Source: Desulfatiglandales bacterium (lineage in GTDB: Bacteria; Desulfobacterota; DSM-4660; Desulfatiglandales; Desulfatiglandaceae). From it: 64,000 nucleotides of DNA. Location of the stretch: positions 1,024,001-1,088,000 of the forward strand of contig OY759599.1 in assembly GCA_963662465.1 (NCBI GenBank), in the 5' to 3' direction. Below, piece after piece: positions 42,026 through 52,751 of this stretch (position 1 is the first letter of the stretch; the number at the start of each line of letters is the position of its first letter). The position numbers were made by a program, and so were the translations under genes. The notes below the pieces were generated by a model. The model saw only the letters and a program-made list of their open reading frames with translations, was not told the DNA's origin and did no database searches.

Positions 42026-42443
42026 ATGTTGGCAATATTATCCGGATAATATTGCATGTCAAGTCAAAAATTCCCCGAGACCCATTCCCATCATTTCCAA
42101 TCGGCATAAAATGCATTGACAATAACCCATAACCTAATTAGAATGCTTGAGATTCTCGGCAAGAAGCCGGTACGCGTCATAAGCGCAGCGCAGTCCACAA
42201 TAGAATACGGATTATCACATTTCAGCCATGAAGGCGATCCCCCCTTACTTGTAAGAAGGTGTGCTTTTATGGCTTTTTTTTGCGTTTTAATCCCCGGAAA
42301 TCCGACCCATGACCGGAACTTTAAATGCTTTGAAAAAACAAGATAATCAGCATAACAACGGAAATTCATTGGTAAAACAACTTAAAACTTAAAACCTGAA
42401 ACTTACAACCGCGGCTTGCCGCTTTAGAACTAAGGAGACGCTG

Positions 42444-44048
42444 ATGGATCAATTATCAAAAAAGGTGTTTCGATTCATTCATTTTTGGGTTCTCATCCTG
42501 TGCGGATTGCTGCTTTTGCCGTCTGGTGTTTGGGCGCAAAATCAGGCAAAGAGCATCCGAATTGCGGACGGCAAAGGAGACTGGGGTTATCCCAATCCCT
42601 ATCAACATTATCCCAGGGGGGCCGGGTTTTTGAGAATGGCCTGGGTTTTCGACACCCTGGTCTGGAAAGACGACAAGGGTGATATTCCGGCCCTGGCCAA
42701 ATCATGGCGATACGATCCCGAGACCCTGAGCTTCATTTTTAAACTCCAGGAAGGGGTTTTGTGGCATGACGGAAAACCCTTTACCGCGGGGGATGTGGTG
42801 TTCACCATTGAATACTTCAAAAAACATCCCTACCAGTGGGCAAGCGTGGATCAAGTGGCCGGCGCCGAGGCCCTGGGACCCCATGAGGTATCCATCAAGC
42901 TCAAGGGACCCTATGCGCCTTTCATGACCTACATCGGGGGGACCATGCCCATCATTCCCCAACATATCTGGGAAAAAGTGGATGATCCGAAAAGGTATCA
43001 TGCGCCGGAGGCTTACATCGGATGCGGCCCCTTCAAATTCGTGGATTTTGACAATGCCAAGGGGACATACCTCTATGAGGCCAATGAGAATTATTACCTA
43101 GGAAAACCCGCCGTCGATCGGTTGATCTACATCAAAGCCAAAAACCCTTTGATGACCCTTTTGAGTGGAAAGGCGGATCTGGTGAACATCAAACCCGATA
43201 TGGCCAAGCCACTGGAAAAAAAGGGGATGGTGATTTTGGAAAATCCAAGGGGCTGGAACAAAAAGTTGATGATCAACCATCAAAAACCACCCCTGAACGA
43301 CAAACGCTTTCGAAAGGCCCTGGCCTATGCCATCGATCAGCAGGAGATTATTGACAAGGCCCACAGGGGTTTCGGGTCCCCCGCTTCCTTTGGACTACTT
43401 TCCCCCGATCACCCGTTTTTTAATCCCGAAACGCCTAAGTACCCACACAATCCGAAACGGGCCGAGGAAATCCTGGTTTCACTGGGATATCAAAAAAACA
43501 AAGGCGGATATTTTGAAAAAAACGGTGTTTCCTTGAAACTGGAAGTGCTGGCCTCGAACATCACCGTGGCGGGGCAATCCACATCGGATCGGGATGGCGA
43601 GGTGCTGAAAAAACAGCTTCAGGATGTCGGCATCCAGGTGGACCTGGTGAACCTTGAGCAGGCCACGGCGGATTCAAAGGTCAGAAACTGGGATTTTGAT
43701 CTGACCATCACGGGGCATGGGGGTCTGCTGGGAGACCCCATGATTCTGGACCTCATGATCAGCCCCAAACTTGCGGGTTCCGTCAATTCCGCCCGTTACG
43801 GGGGCAACCAGGCGCTTCTTGAACTGTTGACATCCCAAATGACGGAAATGGACTTGCAAAAGCGAAAAGAACTGGTATACAAAATACAGGAAATTTACGC
43901 CGATGAACTTCCGGCCATCTCGCTCTATTACCCGGCCTCCATGACAGCCTATAACCCTAAAGCAGGGATCGTGTGGTATTACACCAAGGGGGGGATTGCC
44001 CTGGGCATCCCCATCGCGCAAAACAAGATGAGTCTCATTCAACCGTAA
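42444..44048 (+). CDS. ABC transporter substrate-binding protein, family 5 (peptide/nickel)
   Basis: Signal peptide, WHDGKPFTAGDVVFT, GCGPFK, FRKALAYAID; AAGGAG RBS. Confidence 0.93.
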   Translation: MDQLSKKVFRFIHFWVLILCGLLLLPSGVWAQNQAKSIRIADGKGDWGYPNPYQHYPRGAGFLRMAWVFDTLVWKDDKGDIPALAKSWRYDPETLSFIFKLQEGVLWHDGKPFTAGDVVFTIEYFKKHPYQWASVDQVAGAEALGPHEVSIKLKGPYAPFMTYIGGTMPIIPQHIWEKVDDPKRYHAPEAYIGCGPFKFVDFDNAKGTYLYEANENYYLGKPAVDRLIYIKAKNPLMTLLSGKADLVNIKPDMAKPLEKKGMVILENPRGWNKKLMINHQKPPLNDKRFRKALAYAIDQQEIIDKAHRGFGSPASFGLLSPDHPFFNPETPKYPHNPKRAEEILVSLGYQKNKGGYFEKNGVSLKLEVLASNITVAGQSTSDRDGEVLKKQLQDVGIQVDLVNLEQATADSKVRNWDFDLTITGHGGLLGDPMILDLMISPKLAGSVNSARYGGNQALLELLTSQMTEMDLQKRKELVYKIQEIYADELPAISLYYPASMTAYNPKAGIVWYYTKGGIALGIPIAQNKMSLIQP

Positions 44049-44100
44049 ACCGGCAACCGTAAACCGTGAACGGTTACAGCTGAAGTTCCAAAACGCAAAA

Positions 44101-44121
44101 TGGCTACAGTAGGTGTAGTCA
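44101..44121. promoter_or_regulatory. Imperfect palindrome, candidate activator (bEBP) site
   Basis: TGGCTACA-N5-TGTAGTCA, about 200 bp upstream of the sigma-54 motif. Confidence 0.4.
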
Positions 44122-44320
44122 AACACAACGTCAACTTAACCCCTTCATAATATTATAATTTTAATGGATATTTTTTCTGCCGGTTTTGATGTGTAGCAAT
44201 AATGTTTATGAGCATCCCCTTTCCCGGCGGGTTTAAGCCTTTCTTTCCTCTATATCTATAACTCAAAATAAATGTGTGATTTCGCATAGTTACTTAACCC
44301 TGTCTGATTCTCCTGATTTT

Positions 44321-44337
44321 CCGGCATTACCATTGCA
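44321..44337 (+). promoter_or_regulatory. Putative sigma-54 (-24/-12) promoter for the gcvH-like/hdr/nuo operon
   Basis: CCGGCATTACCATTGCA = GG-N10-GC with GGCA and TTGCA context. Confidence 0.65.
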
Positions 44338-44485
44338 GTATCTCCGTATGTAATACATCGTCAGACGCACCACCTTCATTTCGAGAACGGACCACTCTCA
44401 TTGTTTCAGCTTCCGTCCGTTGCTACTGACGGTCTAAAAGTTTAGATGTCCGGCAAATAACAGCCCACCCAAAGGAGACCTTACC

Positions 44486-45808
44486 ATGAGACCAGATAAT
44501 TACTCCGACGGAAACAACATTGAAAAGGTGGCAGGGTTCCAGGTCCTTGAAAACCCATGCGTTTGGATGCGAGCGGGCGTGGTCAATTTCCGCATCTGCG
44601 AAAACCGTTACGACTGTGTCAACTGTGATTTTGATCGTAGCATGAGAAGGGCCATGACGGCGCAAGCGCCCCCGAAAGGGCGTGCGGCGCAGTTGGGCTG
44701 GGCCCGTGAGATGCGTCTAAAATATACGGGCGTCTTTAAGCCGTGTCGCTATTTTCTGACGGGAAAGCTGGGTCCGCCGGGACGATGCGAAAGGGATTAT
44801 GACTGTGATGGTTGCCCTATTGATATGATGTTGGGCTACCAACCCTTAACAACGGCCATTACCGAAGCGGAAAGCGCCCTGAAAGTCGAAGTAAGGCCCG
44901 AAATCCGGAATTCAGAACATTCCGGAAAGGAATGCATTTGGATGCGGGCAGGCGTGGTCAATTTTCACCTGTGCGAAAGCGATTACGATTGTTACCATTG
45001 CCTGTTCGATAGAAATATGCGCGAGGCCATGACCGCCCAATCGCCTTCTCAGGTCGAGGCAACATCATTATCTTGGGAAGATCGAATACAAAGCAGATTT
45101 GAAACCCTTGGCAACGAGTGCATTTACTTCATGGCCGGCCGAATTGATACACCAAAGGTTTGCCTTCAAAATTATGCATGTTTCTCTTGTCCGGTTCACC
45201 AAAAGCTGGCCGACCCAAACCGTGTCGCACCGATCCCCTTACACCCACCAAGCGTCCAAATGTCTTCCGGGTTCAGAGTCGCCGATGGTTATTATTATCA
45301 TTACGGCCACAGCTGGGTGCATGTCATTCACGGGGGATGCGTACGGATTGGGATCGATGATTTTATGGCAAAAGTATTCGGTCGGGCAAAACGAATTGAT
45401 TTGCCGCCAAATGACACGCCATTAAAACAGGGACACGTGGGATGGGTGTTGGCCCGAAACGGCCACAGGGCGCCCGTTCAATCACCCCTTTCAGGAAAGG
45501 TTCTGGCGGTTAATCGAAAAGTCCTCGATGATCCCGGTCAAATTCATGAAGATCCCTATGAAAACGGCTGGTTGTTCCACCTGGAACCTTCATTCCTGAG
45601 GCAGGAGTCTCAGATGCTCTATTCTGGAAAAACAAGCCGGCAATGGATTGAAAGAGAACATCAGGGGCTTCTCCAATTGATGGGACCCGAATATGAACGA
45701 TTGGCAGCCACGGGGGCGGAAACCATCGGAGACCTGTTTGGCGCCTGCCCCGAGTTGGGATGGACCCGGCTGGTGCAGCAATTTTTACGCACCGGCGAAA
45801 AAAAATAA
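44486..45808 (+). CDS. Cys-rich repeat protein with C-terminal GcvH-like domain lacking the lipoyl lysine
   Basis: Two CxWMRAGVVNFxxCExxYDCxxCxFD repeats, each followed by a second four-Cys block; then YYHYGHSW..RIGIDDF..SPLSGKVLAVN..DPYENGWL. Confidence 0.88.
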   Translation: MRPDNYSDGNNIEKVAGFQVLENPCVWMRAGVVNFRICENRYDCVNCDFDRSMRRAMTAQAPPKGRAAQLGWAREMRLKYTGVFKPCRYFLTGKLGPPGRCERDYDCDGCPIDMMLGYQPLTTAITEAESALKVEVRPEIRNSEHSGKECIWMRAGVVNFHLCESDYDCYHCLFDRNMREAMTAQSPSQVEATSLSWEDRIQSRFETLGNECIYFMAGRIDTPKVCLQNYACFSCPVHQKLADPNRVAPIPLHPPSVQMSSGFRVADGYYYHYGHSWVHVIHGGCVRIGIDDFMAKVFGRAKRIDLPPNDTPLKQGHVGWVLARNGHRAPVQSPLSGKVLAVNRKVLDDPGQIHEDPYENGWLFHLEPSFLRQESQMLYSGKTSRQWIEREHQGLLQLMGPEYERLAATGAETIGDLFGACPELGWTRLVQQFLRTGEKK

Positions 45809-45862
45809 CATCAACGGAAATTGCCAAAATTTTAAACCTGCAATGACATAGGGGAGAACGCC

Positions 45863-46258
45863 ATGAGAAGAGAAACCACCGGTTCCGTTCTGGTTGTGGG
45901 GGGAGGGATTGCCGGGATGCAGTCCGCTCTGGATCTTGCCAACTCAGGATATTACGTATACCTATTAGAAAAGAGCCCATCCATCGGGGGGGCCATGGCG
46001 CAGCTGGACAAGACCTTTCCCACCAACGACTGCGCCATGTGAATCATTTCTCCTAAACTGGTCGAGGTCGGCCGGCACTTGAACATTGAACTGATCACCT
46101 ATTCGGATCTGGAATCCGTGGAAGGATCCGCTGGGAATTTCAAAGTAAAAATCAAAAAACGCGCTCGAAGCATTGACATGAGCCGCTGCACCGGATGCGG
46201 CAGTTGCATTGAGCATTGTCCGGTAACCCATCAGGCAGTTAACTTCGGCCAGGCATAA
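45863..46258 (+). CDS. Short HdrA N-terminal module, putative selenoprotein (131 aa, Sec60); missing from the ORF track
   Basis: [17 protein letters not shown]...[15 protein letters not shown](46040-46042)[12 protein letters not shown]...[17 protein letters not shown]-like hairpin follows. Confidence 0.88.
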
Positions 46259-46333
46259 CCGCATTAAACGGCGAACGACGCACCAAAAATGGCTTAAACC
46301 GCGGCTTGCCGCTTTCATGGAGTTTTTTCTAAA

Positions 46334-46855
46334 ATGAATGAAACCCATCCCATTCTAAATGATGCTCCTTTGGCCATCGATTATCTGGCCTTGGACCGGC
46401 TGGTGGAGGAGAGGTTTAACAACGACAAAGAAAACCTGATTATGATCCTTCAGGCCATTCAGGCCCAATACAATTATCTTCCACAACCTACACTGGCTTA
46501 TCTTTCCGAAAAAATAGAAATTCCCCTGAGCCGTATTTACGGAGTGGCCACCTTTTACAGCACCTTCAGCCTTGAACCCCGAGGGAAAAACATCATCAGC
46601 ATCTGCCTGGGCACCGCCTGTCATGTGCGGGGCGCCGGGAGGGTGCTGGAACGGATTGAAGACATCTTGCACGTGGAAAACGGAGAAACCACCGAGGATG
46701 GGTTGTTTACCCTGGAATCAGTTCGGTGCATCGGTTGTTGCAGTCTGGGCCCGGTGGTCAAAATAAATGAAGATGTGCATGGCCGAATCGCTTCGGAGAA
46801 CCTGACGCAGATTCTGAATCATTACGGGGAATCCAAAATAAAACAGGGCGGATGA
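46334..46855 (+). CDS. NuoE-like [2Fe-2S] subunit
   Basis: GVATFY, CLGTACH, CIGCC. Confidence 0.93.
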   Translation: MNETHPILNDAPLAIDYLALDRLVEERFNNDKENLIMILQAIQAQYNYLPQPTLAYLSEKIEIPLSRIYGVATFYSTFSLEPRGKNIISICLGTACHVRGAGRVLERIEDILHVENGETTEDGLFTLESVRCIGCCSLGPVVKINEDVHGRIASENLTQILNHYGESKIKQGG

Positions 46856-46856
46856 C

Positions 46857-48758
46857 ATGAAGATTCAGCAAATAACGGATATAGATGAAATAGGCCGTCA
46901 TCAAAAGGAAATTCTTTATTTTCCCGAAGTCCTCACCGTCAATATGGGAATGGCGTCCTGCGGCATTGCGGCCGGCGCCGATAAAACCTTTGGGCGGGCC
47001 GCAGCCGAATTCGGTGAAAGCAAGGATATTCAGCTTCGAAAAACCGGTTGTCTGGGGTTTTGCGAAATGGAGCCCCTGGTGGAAATCTTTAAAAAAGGCG
47101 CTCCCAGGATTGTTTATAAAAACGTCACACAAGATAAAATCGCGGATATCATCAGCGGGTATTCGGAGGGCCGGTTTGACAAAAAACAGATACTGGGACA
47201 GATGCGCGATCCCCGGTCCCTGCTGGAAACGGAAGACCCGAATCCCCTTGAAGGCGTTGAACCCGTTCCGGATATCCCCATTCTGGAAGACATTCCGTTT
47301 TATAAACAGCAGATCAAGATCGCTTTACGCAACTGCGGTTACATTGACCCCGAGCGTATTGAAGAGTACATGGCCAAAGGCGGCTACAAGGCGTTTCTTT
47401 TGGCCCTCAAAGCCGATGCGCCTAAAAGCATTATCGCCGCCATCAAGGACTCGGGGCTGCGGGGGCGGGGGGGCGGCGGTTTTCCAACGGGGGCCAAATG
47501 GGAGAGTTGCGCGGCCCATGAGGGAGAACGCTTTATCATCTGCAACGCCGACGAGGGAGACCCCGGAGCCTACATGGATCGCAGCATCCTGGAAGGGGAT
47601 CCCCATTCCATTATTGAAGGCATGCTCATCGCGGGTCTGGCCATCGGCGCCAACAGCGGATTTCTCTATGTGCGAAACGAATATCCCCTGGCCGTGAAAC
47701 GGCTGGTCACGGCAATACGCCAGGCCACGGGTTACGGTCTTTTGGGGCACAACATCGCGGGTTCCAATTTTTCCTTTGAGATAAAAATATCCACCGGCGC
47801 GGGGGCCTTTGTTTGTGGTGAATCAACGGCGCTGATGGCTTCCCTTGAAGGGGAAGTGGGTCGTCCCAGGGCCAAATACATCCATACGGCGGAAAAAGGA
47901 TTTCGGGATAGCCCCTCCAACCTGAACAACGTGGAAACCTATGCCAATGTGCCGGCCATCCTATTAAAAGGCGCCGAATGGTTCTCCCAATTGGGAACCG
48001 ACAATAGCAAAGGAACAAAAGTATTCAGCCTGGTGGGCAAAATCAAAAATACGGGTCTCGTGGAAGTGCCCATGGGGACCAGCCTGCGCAGCATTATCTA
48101 TGACATGGGGGGCGGAATTCCCAAAAAGAAAGTCTTCAAGGCCGTGCAGACCGGCGGCCCTTCGGGGGGCTGTATTCCGGACCAATTTTTGGATCTGGGG
48201 GTTGACTTTGATGCCTTGAAAAAGGTGGGGTCCATCATGGGGTCCGGCGGCATGATCGTCATGGACCAGGATACCTGCATGGTGGACGTGGCCCGGTATT
48301 TCCTGGATTTTCTCAAGGAGGAATCCTGTGGCCAGTGCAACCCCTGCCGGGAAGGGATTAAACGGATGCTGGAAGTGCTGACTCGCATCTGCGATGGAGA
48401 AGGCCGGGAAGGAGACATTGAACTGCTGCAAGAGTTGGGCGGCATGGTCCGGAAGTTTTCTCTCTGCGGCCTGGGCACTTCGGCCCCCAATCCGGTGTTG
48501 ACCACCATCCGTTATTTCAGGGACGAGTATGAGGCCCATATTCGGGACAAAAAATGTCCGGCCGGGGTTTGCAAAACCCTGTTTCATTACGAAATTGACG
48601 AAAACGCCTGCACCGGTTGCCGGCTGTGCGCCCTCAAATGCCCCCAGGAAGCCATTACCGGAGAAAAGAAAAAACCCCATCAGCTGGCGCAGGAAAAATG
48701 CATCAAGTGCGGCATCTGTTATGAGGTGTGCAAATTTGGCGCGATTGTAATTGCTTAG
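46857..48758 (+). CDS. NuoF/HydB-like NADH-binding FMN subunit with C-terminal 2x[4Fe-4S]
   Basis: GLRGRGGGGFPTG, CNADEGDPG, GAGAFVCGE, ESCGQCNPCREG, two CxxCxxCxxxC motifs. Confidence 0.95.
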   Translation: MKIQQITDIDEIGRHQKEILYFPEVLTVNMGMASCGIAAGADKTFGRAAAEFGESKDIQLRKTGCLGFCEMEPLVEIFKKGAPRIVYKNVTQDKIADIISGYSEGRFDKKQILGQMRDPRSLLETEDPNPLEGVEPVPDIPILEDIPFYKQQIKIALRNCGYIDPERIEEYMAKGGYKAFLLALKADAPKSIIAAIKDSGLRGRGGGGFPTGAKWESCAAHEGERFIICNADEGDPGAYMDRSILEGDPHSIIEGMLIAGLAIGANSGFLYVRNEYPLAVKRLVTAIRQATGYGLLGHNIAGSNFSFEIKISTGAGAFVCGESTALMASLEGEVGRPRAKYIHTAEKGFRDSPSNLNNVETYANVPAILLKGAEWFSQLGTDNSKGTKVFSLVGKIKNTGLVEVPMGTSLRSIIYDMGGGIPKKKVFKAVQTGGPSGGCIPDQFLDLGVDFDALKKVGSIMGSGGMIVMDQDTCMVDVARYFLDFLKEESCGQCNPCREGIKRMLEVLTRICDGEGREGDIELLQELGGMVRKFSLCGLGTSAPNPVLTTIRYFRDEYEAHIRDKKCPAGVCKTLFHYEIDENACTGCRLCALKCPQEAITGEKKKPHQLAQEKCIKCGICYEVCKFGAIVIA

Positions 48759-48760
48759 GA

Positions 48761-48866
48761 GCTGTTAGCCGTTAGCTATTAGCAGCCCACTAGTCCAGAG
48801 TGAACGCCATAGGGCCTAAGGGCTAATGCTGACAGCTAAACCTAATTTCTAACAGCTAACAGCTAA
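48761..48866. repeat. Inverted arrays of degenerate heptamers (GCTGTTA / TAACAGC)
   Basis: gctgttagccgttagctattagc ... ctaacagctaacagctaa. Confidence 0.7.
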
Positions 48867-48877
48867 GAGGACGAGCC

Positions 48878-51800
48878 ATGGTAAAATTTACGATCAATGA
48901 CAAGGAAGTGTATGGAGAGGAAGGCCAATATATCCTCGACGTGGCCAAAAAGGCCGGCATTGAAATTCCCACCCTCTGCCATCATGAAGCCCTGGAACCC
49001 GCGGGCATGTGTAGATTATGCACCGTTGAACTCTTTGACGGGCGCAGAACCAAATTTGTGACCGCTTGCAACTATCCCATCTGGGAAGGGATGGAAGTTT
49101 TTACGGATACCGAATCCATCATCGAGGGCCGTAAACTCATTGTGGAGCTACTGCTGGCCCGGTGTCCCGATGTGCCGGTGATTAAAGACCTGGCCCAAAA
49201 ATACGGCATTTCAAAGCCCCGGTTTTTGGAAGAGGGTGATGATTGCATTCTCTGCGGCCTTTGTGTTCGCATGTGCGAAAAGGTGGGCAACAGTGCCATC
49301 AGCTTCACGGGCCGCGGGGTAGAGATGAAGGTGGATACGCCTTTTTCCGTGCAGACCGAATTCTGTATGGGGTGTGGGGCGTGTGCCTCGGTCTGTCCCA
49401 CCGGGCATATCAAACTTGAAGACATTGCCAGACATCAGGTGAAACCCATTCCATCGGAATACGACATGGGCCTGAAAGGCCGCAAGCCCATTTACGTGCC
49501 CTATGCCCAGGCGATCCCCAATACGCCCGTTATTGACCGGGACATGTGCATGCATTTCAAGACCGGCGCTTGCCAGGTATGTACGGAATTCTGCGGGGTA
49601 GATGCCATTGATCATATGCAGCAGGACGAAACCATTGAACTGGAAGTGGGTTCCATTATTCTGGCCCCCGGATTTCAACCTTTTGACCCCTCCAGGCTGA
49701 CCCATTACGGATACGGTCGGCATTCCAATGTGATGACATCAATGGAGCTTGAGCGCATTCTGTCCGCCTCCGGACCCACCCTGGGTCATCTCACGCGGCC
49801 TTCCGATGGGGGGGAACCCAAGAAGATTGCCTGGATCCAGTGCGTGGGAAGCCGGGAAGAGAACCGCTGCAATCACGGATATTGTTCTTCCGTATGTTGC
49901 ATGTACGCCATTAAGGAGGCGGTCATCGCCAAGGAGCATGCGGCCGGCGATCTCGATTGCGCTATTTTTTTCATGGACATGCGCACGGGGGAAAAAGAGT
50001 TTGACCGGTATTTCATACGCGCACGGGATGAAATGGGTGTACGGTTCATCCGTTCGCGCATTCATAGCATTGACAAGAAGCCCAATGGTTCTGAAGACCT
50101 TCAAATTACCTATGTGTCGGAAGACGGGCATCGCAAGATGGAATTGTTTGATATGGCCGTGCTTTCCATTGGCCTTGAACCTTCGGAAAGTCTTCCTGAA
50201 TTGGCGTCCACATTGCAAATTGAGCTGGATGCGGACGGCTTTGTGAAAACCCAGGGAGAGATGCCCACCGAAACCACCCGCCGGGGCGTTTTTTCCTGCG
50301 GCGCCGCCTGTGGTCCCAAAGATATCCCCCAGTCCGTGGTAGATGCCTCAGCATCGGCCGCGGCTTCTGCCGTGCTTCTGGTCGATTCTCGAAATACACG
50401 GGTGCGGAAAAAGGAATATCCTGAAGAGAGGCTCATAACCGCGGAAAAGCCTCGCATCGGCGTGTTTGTCTGCCATTGCGGCATCAATATCAGCAGTGTG
50501 GTGGATGTTCCCGCCGTGCGGGATTATGCAAAAACCCTTCCCGGCGTAGTCCATGTGGCGGACAATCTATTTACCTGCAGTCAGGATACACAGCTTTCCA
50601 TACAGAAGACGATTCGAGAAAAGGGCCTGAACCGGGTGGTGGCGGCGGCATGCACGCCCCGCACCCACGAACCCCTGTTTCAAGAGACCCTTCGGGAGGC
50701 CGGGTTGAACCCCTATCTCTTTGAATTTGCAAATATTCGAGATCAGGATGCCTGGGTGCATAAAAATGATCCCGAGGCGGCCACGGAAAAGGCCATGGAC
50801 CTGGTGCGTATGGCGGTCTCAAAGGCGGCATTGCTGGAACCCATCCAACCGCTGGCCCTGGAAGTTTGTCCGACGGCCCTCGTGGTGGGCGGCGGCATCG
50901 CCGGCATGAATGCGGCACTCAACTTGGGGGATCAAGGATTTTACACCTACCTGGTGGAGAAAAATGAGCAGCTTGGGGGCCAGGCGCGAAACCTCTCTCA
51001 AACCTGGAAGATTGCTGATGCACAAAAATACCTGGCCCAATTATGCCGTAAGGTTTTAAACCAAGCCAACATCGAAGTGTTGACCGGCGCTGAGATTAAA
51101 AATGTTATGGGCTTTGTGGGGAATTTCAGGACCACCCTCAACCATAAAGGAGGTGAAAAGACATTAAATCATGGCGTCGTCGTTCTGGCCACCGGAGGCC
51201 ATGCCTTTGAGACGCGGGAATACCTTCGCGGCCAAAGCGATCGGGTCACCTGCTGGCACGAATTGACGGATCTCTTTACAAAGGAGCCCGAGCGCCTGGA
51301 AAAGGCCGATACGGTTGCGTTCATCCAGTGTGTGGGATCCCGTGAGCCAAAACGTCCTTACTGCTCTAAAATCTGTTGCACCGCCTCGATTCTGCAGGCC
51401 ATTGGGTTAAAAAAACAGAAACCGAGTTTGAATGTATATATCCTGTATCGGGAAATTCGAACCCCCGGCCAACGGGAACACCTGTATCGGGAAGCCCGTT
51501 CCCTGGGCGTGGTGTTCATCCGCTATACGCTGGATCATAAACCGGTGGTAACACAGGTTTATGATGGCTATGAAGAAAAATTGAATATTCTGGTGAAAGA
51601 TCGCATCCTGGGGTTGCCCCTTAGCATCAGGGCGGATTATGTGAATCTGGCGACCGCCATTTTGCCCGAAGCGCACCAGGCATTGGCACAATTTCTCAAA
51701 GTGCCGTTAAATGAAGACGGCTTTTTTATGGAGGCCCACGTAAAACTGCGGCCGGTTGATTTTTCTTCCGACGGCGTATTTGTCTGCGGTCTGGCCCATT

Positions 51801-52726
51801 ATCCAAAATCCCTCGAAGAATCCATCTCCCAGGCCCAGGCCGCCGCCATGCGGGCCGCCGGCGTGTTGGCCCGAAAAACCATTTCCGTGGAACCCATCAT
51901 CAGCGTGGTGGATCAGACCCGATGCGTGGGTTGCGGCCTGTGTGAAGCAACTTGCGCCTTCGGCGCTATTCGGCTGGTCGCGATTTCGGAAAAAGGATAC
52001 CGGGCCGAAAATAATCCGGCCCTGTGTAAAGGATGTGGGCTTTGCGCGGCATCGTGCCCTCAAAAGGCCATCGACATGATGCATTATCGCGACCGGCAAT
52101 TCCACGCGGCCATTGATGCGGGGGGCCTTACCGCACGCCGGTTCAAAACAAAACGCGCGCAACAAGCCGAAATCGACGCTTTCAAAGTCGTTTCAGGATA
52201 TCAATTGGCCGATGATCGCTACTATCATCGGGGCCACAGCTGGGTTCGCCTTGAGCGCGGCGGCCGCGTCAAAGTGGGAATGGATGATTTCATGGCCAGA
52301 ACATTTGGACAGGCTAAAAAATTCCTGTTGCCTGAAAAAGGCGCAATTCTGGGGCAAGACCGGAAGGGTTTTGCCTTCAGGCGTAACGGCCATTCAGCAA
52401 CAGTTTTATCTCCCGTGACGGGAAAAGTTTTTTATGTGAACCGAAAAGCCCTGGAAAACCCTGAACTCATACACCTGGATCCTTACGGCGAAGGCTGGCT
52501 TTTAATTCTGGACCCCCTGATTCTGAGAATGGATTTGAGCCATCTCTACAAAAAAGAGCAGAGTATCAATTGGCTGGAAGACGAAAACCGAAAACTCCTG
52601 GGACTTCTGGGTCCGGAGTATGAAAAACTGGCAGCCACAGGTGCCGCCCCGCTACCGGATTTGTTTGGAAACTTTCCCGAAATCGGATGGGATAATCTGG
52701 TCAAGACGTTTTTGCACAGCAGCTAG
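48878..52726 (+). CDS. Fusion: NuoG-like Fe-S N-terminus, HdrA lacking its own N-terminus, C-terminal GcvH-like domain
   Basis: [25 protein letters not shown]; two HdrA-type blocks ([28 protein letters not shown]); GcvH-like [26 protein letters not shown] from about 52181. Confidence 0.9.
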   Translation: MVKFTINDKEVYGEEGQYILDVAKKAGIEIPTLCHHEALEPAGMCRLCTVELFDGRRTKFVTACNYPIWEGMEVFTDTESIIEGRKLIVELLLARCPDVPVIKDLAQKYGISKPRFLEEGDDCILCGLCVRMCEKVGNSAISFTGRGVEMKVDTPFSVQTEFCMGCGACASVCPTGHIKLEDIARHQVKPIPSEYDMGLKGRKPIYVPYAQAIPNTPVIDRDMCMHFKTGACQVCTEFCGVDAIDHMQQDETIELEVGSIILAPGFQPFDPSRLTHYGYGRHSNVMTSMELERILSASGPTLGHLTRPSDGGEPKKIAWIQCVGSREENRCNHGYCSSVCCMYAIKEAVIAKEHAAGDLDCAIFFMDMRTGEKEFDRYFIRARDEMGVRFIRSRIHSIDKKPNGSEDLQITYVSEDGHRKMELFDMAVLSIGLEPSESLPELASTLQIELDADGFVKTQGEMPTETTRRGVFSCGAACGPKDIPQSVVDASASAAASAVLLVDSRNTRVRKKEYPEERLITAEKPRIGVFVCHCGINISSVVDVPAVRDYAKTLPGVVHVADNLFTCSQDTQLSIQKTIREKGLNRVVAAACTPRTHEPLFQETLREAGLNPYLFEFANIRDQDAWVHKNDPEAATEKAMDLVRMAVSKAALLEPIQPLALEVCPTALVVGGGIAGMNAALNLGDQGFYTYLVEKNEQLGGQARNLSQTWKIADAQKYLAQLCRKVLNQANIEVLTGAEIKNVMGFVGNFRTTLNHKGGEKTLNHGVVVLATGGHAFETREYLRGQSDRVTCWHELTDLFTKEPERLEKADTVAFIQCVGSREPKRPYCSKICCTASILQAIGLKKQKPSLNVYILYREIRTPGQREHLYREARSLGVVFIRYTLDHKPVVTQVYDGYEEKLNILVKDRILGLPLSIRADYVNLATAILPEAHQALAQFLKVPLNEDGFFMEAHVKLRPVDFSSDGVFVCGLAHYPKSLEESISQAQAAAMRAAGVLARKTISVEPIISVVDQTRCVGCGLCEATCAFGAIRLVAISEKGYRAENNPALCKGCGLCAASCPQKAIDMMHYRDRQFHAAIDAGGLTARRFKTKRAQQAEIDAFKVVSGYQLADDRYYHRGHSWVRLERGGRVKVGMDDFMARTFGQAKKFLLPEKGAILGQDRKGFAFRRNGHSATVLSPVTGKVFYVNRKALENPELIHLDPYGEGWLLILDPLILRMDLSHLYKKEQSINWLEDENRKLLGLLGPEYEKLAATGAAPLPDLFGNFPEIGWDNLVKTFLHSS

Positions 52727-52751
52727 TCTAACCCCTACCTTGGAGGAACAC

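Noticed and set aside
44486..45808. True glycine cleavage H protein (gcvH)
   Set aside because: Lipoyl lysine is absent, there is a long Cys-rich extension, and no gcvP/gcvT nearby.
46334..49400. Respiratory complex I or [FeFe]-hydrogenase operon
   Set aside because: No membrane Nuo subunits and no H-cluster domain; the NuoG-like part is fused to HdrA.
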